The notes under the pieces are model-generated. The model was not told the origin of the DNA. It made no database searches and saw nothing but the letters and a program-made list of their open reading frames with translations. From positions 1 to 64,000 of IMG/VR virus record IMGVR_UViG_3300026549_000050: a DNA stretch of 64,000 bases. One strand, 5' to 3'. Every line of letters starts with the position of its first letter. Positions within the stretch are counted from its first letter, which is position 1. The DNA comes from a virus. Lineage: Duplodnaviria; Caudoviricetes. Made by a program: the position numbers and the translations under genes. This document shows, in pieces, positions 50,550 to 61,000 of this stretch.

Positions 50550-50981
50550 ATGGCTTCAGTTTATGATGTATATGATGCTTTTTTAGCTAAAATGCTAGAA
50601 GATGAATGGCTAAACTGGACAGATGAAGAAAGAGAAGAAGATTGGCGAGCCTTGTTAGATGCCGCCATTCCTTATTTTAAGTTTCCAAGAGTTAGCTTAA
50701 AAATTAATAGAAATGACGACTTCTGTGACCCAAATGTTTCTAATGAAGAAATTCAAATTCTTGCAACTTATATGAAATGTGAGTGGTTAAATAGAACCAT
50801 TCTTACTTGGGAAAACGTTAAACCGTTATATATAGAAAGAGATTTTTCTCAAGCTAATTTAATAGATAAGTTAAGGAAACTTTTAGAAAGTGAGGAATAT
50901 AAGGCTTTAAAACTGGAACGTGTTTATTATCGCTCAAGAAAAGGCTTGCCATTTAAATATAGACAATTGGCAGGAGAATAA
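50550..50981 (+). CDS. Putative head-tail adaptor
   Basis: Size and position; DFSQANLI motif. Confidence 0.55.
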   Translation: MASVYDVYDAFLAKMLEDEWLNWTDEEREEDWRALLDAAIPYFKFPRVSLKINRNDDFCDPNVSNEEIQILATYMKCEWLNRTILTWENVKPLYIERDFSQANLIDKLRKLLESEEYKALKLERVYYRSRKGLPFKYRQLAGE

Positions 50982-50983
50982 CA

Positions 50984-51271
50984 ATGAAATATGTTCCTGG
51001 TATGGATGAAGGATATGCAAATAGTTTAAAAAATAAATTATTTGGCTTACTTTGCGAATACGAGAAGGGAAGAGAATGGGAGAAGTTTTTAGACTCAATT
51101 TTAATTGAATTATTGGGTTTTGATTTGGACGAGCGTACCATTAATTATTATTGTCTGTTTCATAAAATTTCTTCTTTAAGATATTTACGATATGAATATT
51201 TCAGAAGTACAGTTTTCGATTGTATGTCTTTACTTTCGAAACAATCGGAGGTAAAAGATGGGATATTATGA
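50984..51271 (+). CDS. Hypothetical protein
   Basis: Operon position; RBS aggag. Confidence 0.6.
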   Translation: MKYVPGMDEGYANSLKNKLFGLLCEYEKGREWEKFLDSILIELLGFDLDERTINYYCLFHKISSLRYLRYEYFRSTVFDCMSLLSKQSEVKDGIL

Positions 51272-51983
51272 AGAAATATATTTAAAAAGATTAAATAGAT
51301 ATGGAACGGATTTTCAAACTCGTATGCAAAATCAAAGAGAAGAAAATTTCCGGCGCCAGATGTTAAAATCAGTTTATTATGTTCGCTTTGAATATGATGG
51401 GGAAAAACGTGAGGGAGAGTTAACCCCAATGCGCCAGAATGAAACAAAAACTATGCAATATCTATTAACAGATGTGCATTTAGATATTCCGCACGGTACT
51501 ATATTATTTATACCAGATAAAGATATGGAGCCGCGCCCTTGGCTTGTTTATTACTTAGAAAGTATGAAAGCAAGTGGTTATAATCGTTATATTATGTTAA
51601 AGATGACGCATGAACTTACTTGGAAAGACAGAGAAGATAATATACAAACTTCTTGGGCATATTTTTATGGACAAGAAGATAATATGTTAAAGGATGAATT
51701 AAAATCGCGCAGTAGAAGTAGAGTTCTTTATACAGAGAATTTAAAATTAAGTTTCTTTATTTTACCAACTAATGTAAACTTAAGAAAAGATGATTATATG
51801 GAAGTTGCAGTAGATGGTTTGACAGAGGCTTATGTAGTTACTGGTTATGATATTCATTCTAATCCTGGTGTTGAATTTGTTTCTGTCGATCCGCAATATA
51901 TTAGAGATTTAACTCCACCGCCAGAACAGCAACCGGGTGATGACCCAGATGATTTCTTTTGGATTAATAAGGGGGTGGAATAA
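51258..51983 (+). CDS. Putative head-closure/neck protein
   Basis: Position; beta-rich sequence. Confidence 0.5.
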   Translation: MGYYEEIYLKRLNRYGTDFQTRMQNQREENFRRQMLKSVYYVRFEYDGEKREGELTPMRQNETKTMQYLLTDVHLDIPHGTILFIPDKDMEPRPWLVYYLESMKASGYNRYIMLKMTHELTWKDREDNIQTSWAYFYGQEDNMLKDELKSRSRSRVLYTENLKLSFFILPTNVNLRKDDYMEVAVDGLTEAYVVTGYDIHSNPGVEFVSVDPQYIRDLTPPPEQQPGDDPDDFFWINKGVE

Positions 51984-52477
51984 TGACAAAAGTAAGGGAT
52001 TGTAGTGATATTGGTGTTAATGCACAATATATTATAAAACGACTTTTAGCAAATCAGAATTTGTTAAAATTACTTTATTATACTGATAAAGACCCACTTA
52101 ATCATCCAGATTTGACTCAAGAACAAATACAAAAAGAAGTTTTTGAAAAATTAATTAAAATGGTGCCACGTGTTGGCCCTAAAGAGACAGCAAACTCATT
52201 AGTTGTACTTAGAATCGCGCGCGGGCGTGGTTTAGCGCAAAATAATGAGTTTAAAAATGTTTCTATTAGTTTAGAAGTATTTGTTCCTATGACTCAATGG
52301 ATTATTAAGGATACTAATTTAAGACCTTTTGCTATCATGGGAGAAATTCAAAAATCTTTAAATGGAAAAAAGATTGATGGTTTGGGCAAAATGACTGGTG
52401 GAGATTTTGATTTAAACTTTTTAACTGAAGAAATTTCCGCTTATGAGCAAACCTTTATTTTAACTTCGTATGATTGA
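51983..52477 (+). CDS. Putative tail terminator/completion protein
   Basis: Position; LRPFAIMGEIQKSLNG..I.GLG motif. Confidence 0.5.
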   Translation: MTKVRDCSDIGVNAQYIIKRLLANQNLLKLLYYTDKDPLNHPDLTQEQIQKEVFEKLIKMVPRVGPKETANSLVVLRIARGRGLAQNNEFKNVSISLEVFVPMTQWIIKDTNLRPFAIMGEIQKSLNGKKIDGLGKMTGGDFDLNFLTEEISAYEQTFILTSYD

Positions 52478-53204
52478 TGATAGGGTTTTTCTTGGATTTC
52501 CGCTAGAGTTTAAAGATATATGTAAGGTATATCCCCCTACTGTAAATGATGTAAGTGGGAATAATCATTTTTATATATATCAATCGCTTTTCACTATGAC
52601 ACAAGAAGAATTGGAAGATGCGTATTTAAAAGATGAAGTTTCTTACGTACCAACTCCATTTGAATATTTATTAATAAATTATCATCAAGATGAAGAAGTT
52701 AGAAGTTATATTTTAGAAGGCTTTCAAAAATTTCTTCGTGAACCAGTAACAATTGAACCTGAGATTAATATGATATTAATTGGTGTTGATGAAGAGCATT
52801 TGGATATAGAAAAAGATTTGGATAATCCAAGACTAATTACAGCAGAAAATTATTTTGAATTTCAAAATCTAATTCGGGCGGTTATGGGTGAAAGGCCAGT
52901 AGAGCCACCCGACCCCGACGAAGACCCGCGCATAAAACGCATCAAAGCAAAAGGACGTTATAGGGATAAATTAAAAGCAAAAAGACAACAAGGACCAAAA
53001 TTTGGAACTTTACTTGCTGCAATTTGCTGTATGGGAATAGGATTAACTCCACTTAATATTGGAGAGATGAGCTATGCCTGTGTTCAGTGGTTAATTGCTA
53101 TGGAACAACAACGTGAGTCTTATGATGTTGATATCCGTGCTTTACTTGCGGGCGCAGACAGTAAAAAAGTTAAACCAAAATATTGGATTAAAAATATAAG
53201 TTAA
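52470..53204 (+). CDS. Hypothetical tail assembly protein
   Basis: Position; ALLAGADSKKVKPKYW C-terminus. Confidence 0.5.
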   Translation: MIDDRVFLGFPLEFKDICKVYPPTVNDVSGNNHFYIYQSLFTMTQEELEDAYLKDEVSYVPTPFEYLLINYHQDEEVRSYILEGFQKFLREPVTIEPEINMILIGVDEEHLDIEKDLDNPRLITAENYFEFQNLIRAVMGERPVEPPDPDEDPRIKRIKAKGRYRDKLKAKRQQGPKFGTLLAAICCMGIGLTPLNIGEMSYACVQWLIAMEQQRESYDVDIRALLAGADSKKVKPKYWIKNIS

Positions 53205-53234
53205 ATTTTTAAAAAAATTAGGAGGCTATTTAAT

Positions 53235-54134
53235 ATGGCAAGTATTCTTGATAAATATGGTATTAAAGAAGTTGCTGACGTAGTGTTCTATGAGTTAGAC
53301 TCAAAGGGCGCACCTTCTGCTCCAGTACTTTATCTCGACACTCTTAAGGTTTCTACAATCGAGCAGAGTGCTGAGGTAGTTGATGCTACTGGTGGTAAAG
53401 GTAACGTTAAATTGATTTCTTGGGATACAAACAAGGAAGTTACAGCTACATTCGAAGATGCTCTGTTCAGCGTTAAGTCTCTCGCTATCATGTTTGGTGG
53501 AGAGGTTACAGACAATGCAGGCAATCAAGAAGTTCTTAAGACTGTTCCTTATAAGAGTGTAACAGCTGGAACCGGTGAATTTACTGTTGTAGTAAATGGT
53601 ACTGAGCTTCATATTGCTGATAATAAGGCTACTTATTTCAAGTATGTTGATGATAAGGTAGTTCCTCAAGAGGCTGCTGACCAAGATACAGAGTTTGTTA
53701 CATTTGACATTCTCGATGCTACTACAAGCGCAGGTGGAAAGGCTATGGCTAATGGTCTTGAGATTAGAATCGACGCTTCGAAGTTCGGTGGAACTTATTA
53801 TATTACTGGCGATACATATGCTAGAAATTATCAGTCTGGTAAGGACGAGTTCCTTCAGTTCATTATTCCTAAGGGCAAGGTTAGCTCCGAGGACCTCAGC
53901 TTAACAATGGAGGCCGATGGTGACCCAGCTACATTCACAATGAACGTAAATGTATTAAAGGCTGCTGATGGTTCAATGTTTAAGCTTGTTAAGTACACTC
54001 TCGCTGGTGGAGATACTAGTGATAAGAATAAGGGTGTTGCATCTGTTCTGAAGAACTATGATGATGAAGGCGTTGAAAATGCTGGATATGAAAGCGATGC
54101 TTATCCTGTAAGCGGAAGTCTTCCAACAGTATAA
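53235..54134 (+). CDS. Major tail tube protein
   Basis: YLDTLKVST...ATGGKGN..LISWD...IPKGKV...LTMEADGDPATF; biased codons; terminator 54154-54183. Confidence 0.75.
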   Translation: MASILDKYGIKEVADVVFYELDSKGAPSAPVLYLDTLKVSTIEQSAEVVDATGGKGNVKLISWDTNKEVTATFEDALFSVKSLAIMFGGEVTDNAGNQEVLKTVPYKSVTAGTGEFTVVVNGTELHIADNKATYFKYVDDKVVPQEAADQDTEFVTFDILDATTSAGGKAMANGLEIRIDASKFGGTYYITGDTYARNYQSGKDEFLQFIIPKGKVSSEDLSLTMEADGDPATFTMNVNVLKAADGSMFKLVKYTLAGGDTSDKNKGVASVLKNYDDEGVENAGYESDAYPVSGSLPTV

Positions 54135-54243
54135 TTAATACGATGATTAATTGGTGGGAAGGTGGAAACACCTTCCCATTTTACTTAGAAGTTATACGCA
54201 CTCGGCGGCCGGCCGTATTTGTGTGTGAAACGGAGATATATGT

Positions 54244-55044
54244 ATGGATAACGAATTTGGTATGCAAGAACTGTACTTCGTGCAGTTAAAATCCACTTAT
54301 CCTATAGAGGTAAAAGGAAAAGAAATTGCGACTGGAGAAGTGGTCGCAGCATTTGATAAAATTCAAATTGCTAACTTTCAAGAAATACATAAAGAGATTG
54401 CCGCACAAGGCGGTTATCAAAATAGAAAGTTAATAATTTGGAATAGGACTGAGGGCGTAAATTTAGTTTTTACACAGGGTATCTTTTCTAAAACGCAATT
54501 GGCGCTTATGAATAATACTCGATTAGTAAATATTGGTGAAAGTCAAATTATAAGAATAGCAGAAAGAGAAGAACTTGAAACCAATAGTGAAGGGATAATT
54601 ACACTAACCCACGCACCTATAGATTCGTGGATTTTTGTTTATAATAAAGAAACTGGTGAGAAACTGACGAACCTTCGTATGGTAGGAGAAAAAGAAATTC
54701 AAACCCCTCTGGTCTATAAAGAAGTCATTGTTGATTATGAATATGGATATGATAATGGCGTAGATGTGAGTATTGTGGGTGAAGAAATTTTTGATGGATT
54801 TCTTACACTGGAAGGTAGGTCAAGAATTAAAGATGACGTGACTGGAGAAACTCATACGGCTATTATACGTATTCCTAAATTAAAAATTACGTCAGATTTT
54901 AATCTCACTTTAGGAACAAACGCGCAGCCAGTGGTTGGAAAGTTTAGAGGAACTGCGATGCCGATAGGGCCCGCGCGTGATACGAAAGCCTTAGAGATAT
55001 ATTTTTTGGAAGATGATATAGATAAGGATTCCGAATGGCGTTAA
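54244..55044 (+). CDS. Tail-tube paralogue (minor tail protein)
   Basis: Aligns to the upstream tube protein: AQGGYQNRKLIIWN vs ATGGKGNVKLISWD; IRIPKLKI vs FIIPKGKV. Confidence 0.6.
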   Translation: MDNEFGMQELYFVQLKSTYPIEVKGKEIATGEVVAAFDKIQIANFQEIHKEIAAQGGYQNRKLIIWNRTEGVNLVFTQGIFSKTQLALMNNTRLVNIGESQIIRIAEREELETNSEGIITLTHAPIDSWIFVYNKETGEKLTNLRMVGEKEIQTPLVYKEVIVDYEYGYDNGVDVSIVGEEIFDGFLTLEGRSRIKDDVTGETHTAIIRIPKLKITSDFNLTLGTNAQPVVGKFRGTAMPIGPARDTKALEIYFLEDDIDKDSEWR

Positions 55045-55082
55045 TTTTTAATTAACGTCATTTTTATTTGGAGGAGAAGATA

Positions 55083-58000
55083 ATGGCAGAAACTGTTGAT
55101 ATTCTATTACGAGCGCGAATGGAAGCCAACGAAGTTACGTCTAGTATTGGCCAAATTCAAAAGTCATTACAAAGCTTAACTTTACCTAAAGGACTTTCCA
55201 ATGATTTAGAAAAAGAATTTAGTAAAATAGGTCCATTATTAAAAGATTATCAAAAGCAATTAAACAAGGGGTTTTCTAATAAAAAAGACCTCCAAACTTT
55301 TAGTGCCTTAAAAGAGCAAATTGGAGATACTTTAGGAACTATAAAAACACTTGTTAATCAAGCCAATTCGCAACAAATTAGATTAAAAGTAGATACACAG
55401 GCTATCGACCAGTTACAAAATAAAATTGTTTCTAAAACCGAAGCTTTACAAAAAGCATTAAGTCAAGTATTTACTAAATCTGTTAATGCGGATAATATAG
55501 CTACTCAGTTTGATAAAGTATTACAATCTACTTCTAGGTCTACCTCAGTTAAAGGAATGATTGGTAATGCTGGTAAATTATTTAATGCTCAAGAATATGC
55601 AGCATATAATGCAGAATTAGATAAAATTAAAAATAAGATTTTAAGTCTAAGTACAAGCAAAGTTAATTTTGCTAAATCATTAGGTGTTAAAGACGCTGAA
55701 AAAGATATTGCTGCAGTTGAGGCAAAAATTACTTCTTTTTTCAATAAATTAAAGGTTAATGAAGGTAAAGTTCAATCTATCGAATTACTTAAAAAAGAAC
55801 TGCGTGAAATGGGTGTTGAACTTGAACAATTAGATATATCTTCTAAACTAAAAGGTGCTGAAGAAGTTAATAGTTTACATGCCGGATTACAACAGATAGA
55901 GCAAGATTTTCATAATACTGGCAACGCGGCGAATGATGCTGCTTCTGGTATTCTTTCTATGAAAGATCAGGTGGGCCAGTTAAGACAATCGACTCAATAT
56001 TTCTTTAGTTTAAGAAATATGATAAATCTCTTTAAGAGAGGAATAGATGATGCGGTTAAGTCGGTTAAAGAATTAGATGCCGCCATGACGGAAACCGCAG
56101 TAGTTACCACCAATACTGTTGGTGATATGTGGAATATGCTTCCAGAATATACCAAAAATGCTAATGCATTGGGAGCAACTGTTTTAGATATGTATAAGGC
56201 AACAACTTTATACTATCAACAGGGTTTAAATGCAGAGCAGTCCATGTCAATTGCTGCTGAAACCATGAAGATGGCTAGAATTGGTGGATTAGAGGCTGCC
56301 GATGCTACCGATAAGATGACTGCTGCACTTCGTGGATTTAATATGGAAATTAATGAGTTGTCGGCACAACGCATTAATGACGTATATTCTAATTTAGCTG
56401 CTAAAACCGCATCTAATACTGAAGAATTAGGTAGTGCTATGCAACGTACCGCCTCTATTGCTCATTCCGCAGGCATGAGTTTTGAAGGTACGGCGGCATT
56501 TCTAGCACAGGCAATAGAAACTACCAGAGAACCAGCCGAAAACTTGGGTACGGCGATGAAAACAATTGTTGCCCGTTTCCAAGAATTAAAAGAAAATCCA
56601 TTAGAAATTGTTGAAGTAGATGGAGAGGAAGTTAGTTATAATAAAGTAGATACTGCATTACAATCTATTGGAGTTTCTTTAAAGGATGCTAATGGTCAGT
56701 TTAGAAATTTAGACAAAGTATTTTTAGAAATAGCCCAAAGATGGGATAGTTTAACACAAACTCAACAGCGTTATATAGCCACAACCGCGGCGGGTTCTCG
56801 TCAACAATCACGTTTTATCGCGATGATGAGTAACTATGAACGTACTATGCAGTTGATGAGCTATGCCAATGATAGCGCTGGAGCTTCTAATGAACAGTTT
56901 AATAAAACTATGGATTCATTAGAGGCTAAATTAAATAAATTACACAATGCTTGGCAAGCCTTTATGATGGGTATTGCAAATAATACTTTTGTTAAAGGCG
57001 CGGTTGATGGTTTAACTTTTGTTATAAGTCAAACAAATACATTAATTAATACTTTAAGTGGTGGTCGTGGTGTAATAAAATCTTTTCTTTCTTTATTTAC
57101 TGCCTTTACCGCTTTAAAAGGATTAGGTCGCTTCGCTAATGCTGCCATTGGTGGTTTGGGCGGTATGCTTGATCCACAATCTAGTTTTAAACAAGGGTTT
57201 TTTGGTGGCGGTATTATTGGCAATAAAGCTAATGCTAATGCGACTCAAGCAAGAATGATTTCTGACCCTATTGTTAATGCTATCAATAGATTATATCAGG
57301 CTCAAACAGGAAAGACGGTTACTAAAGATAGTCAAACTAGCGCCAAAGCAGATTATAAAGCTTTTACAGAAGCTAATACTGGTTTACGAGGAACAATTAA
57401 TCAGTTAAAACCTGGAGAACAATTTTCTATTGGCGAAGCCTATAGTAAGATTGATAAATTAGATACTCGTCAACAAAAAGCTGTATTACAACAATTGCCT
57501 GGGCTTACACTAAGTTTACAGAAAAATGGTATTAAATTTAATACAAAAGATATAAGCAGAAGTTCACAAGAACTTTTAAAAGTCTTTAATAAAGAAATAA
57601 ATGATGGTCTTAAAAATGGTAATATAGATTCTCAAACAGCATTAAAAATGTTTGGCTCTCCTCAAGAATTTGCTAAAGCCATGTCAGCCAGAGGAGATGA
57701 TTATGCTAGAGCCGCACAAGAAGTTCTTGGAAATAGTTTCGATAGGTCTACCTATAGAGAAGATTTAGCTAACAAATTATTACAAGTTGAAAAATTTAAA
57801 AATATGGATAAGGATAGTTTTAATAACTATCTAGACAAGGCTGTAGCAAAAAGAAATGAGAGAGATCAACAGGAATTTGCAGGATTCGCTACAAGTCAAA
57901 TAAGCAATGGTGCAAAATTAGCAAATAATATTGCTTCAGTTGGACAGGCCGCTACAATGGCGGGCCAAGGTGTAGCCCAGCTTGGTATGCAATTATCCAA

Positions 58001-61000
58001 TGCTGGATTTAAAACTGCGGGCGCAGCAGTTACCGACTTAGGATATAAAATTTCTTCTTTAGGTATGATTGCCTCAAGTGTAGGTTCAGTTTTTGGTAAG
58101 ATTTTTGCCAATGATGGTCCTATGGCATTAATTAATGCTCATCCAGTTATGGCAATGGTTACTGCAATTGCCGCGATTGCTGGTACTGTGGCATTTATTA
58201 ATAAACAAATAAAAGAAAATGCAAAAAATTCTGCCCAAGAAATTCAACAAGCTTATAGTGAGAGTGTTAAAGAAGCTTCTGATAAAATAGATTCACTTAA
58301 AGCTAATGTAAGCACTTTTAAACAACTATCTAAAGGCGTAGATAAGTACGGACATAATCTTAGTTTAACTGAAGAAGAATATGACCAATTCTTATCTACT
58401 TCTAAGGCTTTGGCAGAAACTTCTCCAAGTTTAATTAAAGGCTATGATGCTCAAGGAAGAGCAATTATAGCAACTGGAGATGCGGTTGACCAATTAATTA
58501 AAAAGCAAGAGGACTTACGTAATACAGCTAGAGATAATTATATTACCGGCGAAGCCTTTAGTACAAATATAGCTGGTATTCGTGCGGGAGAAAATTATGA
58601 ATCTATAGTTAGTTCCGAGTCTTATATAGACGAATATGGAACTACACAGTTTAAGCAAGTTTTCATGGGAAAACAAATTGCTACTTTTAATAAAGCTGTT
58701 AAAAAAATAGATAATAAAAAATTAAAAAATCTCAACGCAGAAATTACTAAATTAACAGGCCATGAAATTGATTTGGCCAATATAAATGACCAAAGTGTTA
58801 AAGTTATTGCCAGCCGATATCAAGACATTAATCGCTTAGTAGAAGAAAACTCTCAAAAATTAGATGATAAAACTCGCGAAGGATTACAAAAAGCTTTCTC
58901 CGGCATAGGAGAAGATTATAATTCTTTCTTATCAGATTTACAACCATTAACTGAACAACTTGGTTTATTTTTAGATTCTAAGGGATTGAGTGTTTTAGGA
59001 TTAGGCATTAGTGAAGAATTTGTTGCTGGTTTTAATAAGGGATTAGAAGATTTAGCCTTAACTTCAGTAACTGAAAACTGGGGAGGCAGTCGACTCCAGC
59101 GCGAGGCCGAAAATTATGCTAAAGGATTTAGAAATTTAACAAAAGAGGGCAGTGCTTATTCTAGAACTTTAGAGCAAATTGATAGAATACAGCAAGATTA
59201 TCTTAAAAATGCTGGTGAAACCGGAGCAATTGAAGATTATAATAAAAATATTCAAGAACAAATAAATCATTTAAATTCTTTAGCTAATCAATATGATGGC
59301 ACAAGCGCGGCTGGTACAGCTTTCGCCGAGATGTGTCGTAGCGCCGCAGCTGATGCGCAGATGTTCACAGAGTACGGCGTTGCTTTGTTGGGTGAGGGTT
59401 TAAATACTCTTGCTTCAGAATTTTCTCAGGCTCGTGAAGCCCAAAAACGTTTTGAAGAAGCCACTGCGGGCGGAGATTACTATACTGCCGCGGAAGGATA
59501 CAAGTCCATTATGGACACCGTAATGAACGAAAAGAATGATGCAGGGCAGGGATCTCTTACGGCTTGGCGCGGCGCAACGGAATTATTAGGAGCTTCTGTA
59601 GTTGATAATGCAAAAAGTTGGGATGAAGTAGCAAGTAAAATACAAAAAATCGCTCCTATGTTTGAGGATGGAGCCGAAGGAGTATTAGCCTTTAATGATT
59701 TCTTAGTTGAAGCTTGGCACAATGCCGGTGGGGCCTCTGGAGAACTTGCAAAACTTGGCTCAGTTATTGATGGTGAATTTCATTTTGATTTTGATACACA
59801 AAATGAAAGTTTAGAAAAGTTTGCAAAACTATTAGGCATATCTGAAGGAGCTCTCGCGGCATTAATAGATAAGAGTAGACAATGGGTACCTTGGGATATA
59901 AGTGACCCAGATATGATTATGTCTGCTCTACGTAATAGTGAAACGACTATTCAAGGAAGTAATGGTACATTATATACTGCTGAATCAGCCTTCCGTGACG
60001 AGGCTTATCGTAATGAAATTGTTGGTGATAATTATAAGGAAACTCGAAAAACGGTAGAGGATCGAGGGGTTAAACTTTTAACTGTTGATGAATTAACTGC
60101 CAAAAGTCAAAGTGGAATTGTTGCTAATGATATTTTAAAAGATTTAAATATTAGCAGTCAACAACAAAACAATACATTAGACAATGCTGTAAGAGTATTT
60201 TCTGGATTAGGATTTGGATTAGAAGATATAACCACGGTTTTAACTAAACAAGGTATGTCTTTACAAGAGGGTCCAGTTACGGCAGAGCAAATAGCCGAGG
60301 TTTATGACCAGCAAGCTTTTGCAGCAGAAAATCCAACTGTTGCTGGAATCGCTAGTGATACTGGAATAATTGCCAGCAATACATCCGCTTTATTAACCTC
60401 TATGGGTATTTTAGATAAAAATACAAAAGAAAAGGTTGATGAAGTTACTAGTGATAAATATGTTGATAATGCCTTTTTAGACTATAAACGCGAAAGAAAG
60501 GGCGCAACCAATCAAGCAGAACGTGAGCAAGCTCTTAATAATGTTCAAGCTAAAATTGATAAGTATGATAGCGACATTGAGCGTTTAAAACAGGGGCAAT
60601 CAACCCACAAGGAAGATACTGCAACCTGGAAAGAGTATCAAGAAACCATTGATAAATTAGAAAAAGCTAGAAATAATTTATCTGGTATGGTGGAAAAAGA
60701 TCAACAATTATTAATTGATACCGCTGAACAAGCTCAAACAATTATTCAAGACATTGGTATTTCTAATGAAAATACGGATTTTCTCAATGCAAATGCATTA
60801 GATGTCTCTAATGCTCTTAATAACACTGATATTAATGCAGGAATTGCATCTTTGGCAGCCCTTAGACAAGAAGGTAGTCTAACTAAAGATACAATGTTTG
60901 CTTTGGCTAGTGAATTTCAGAAAATACATAATACAGATTTATCACAATTAACTTATGGAGAACTTGCTAATCTCTATACTCAACTTGGTTTAGGTAAAGA

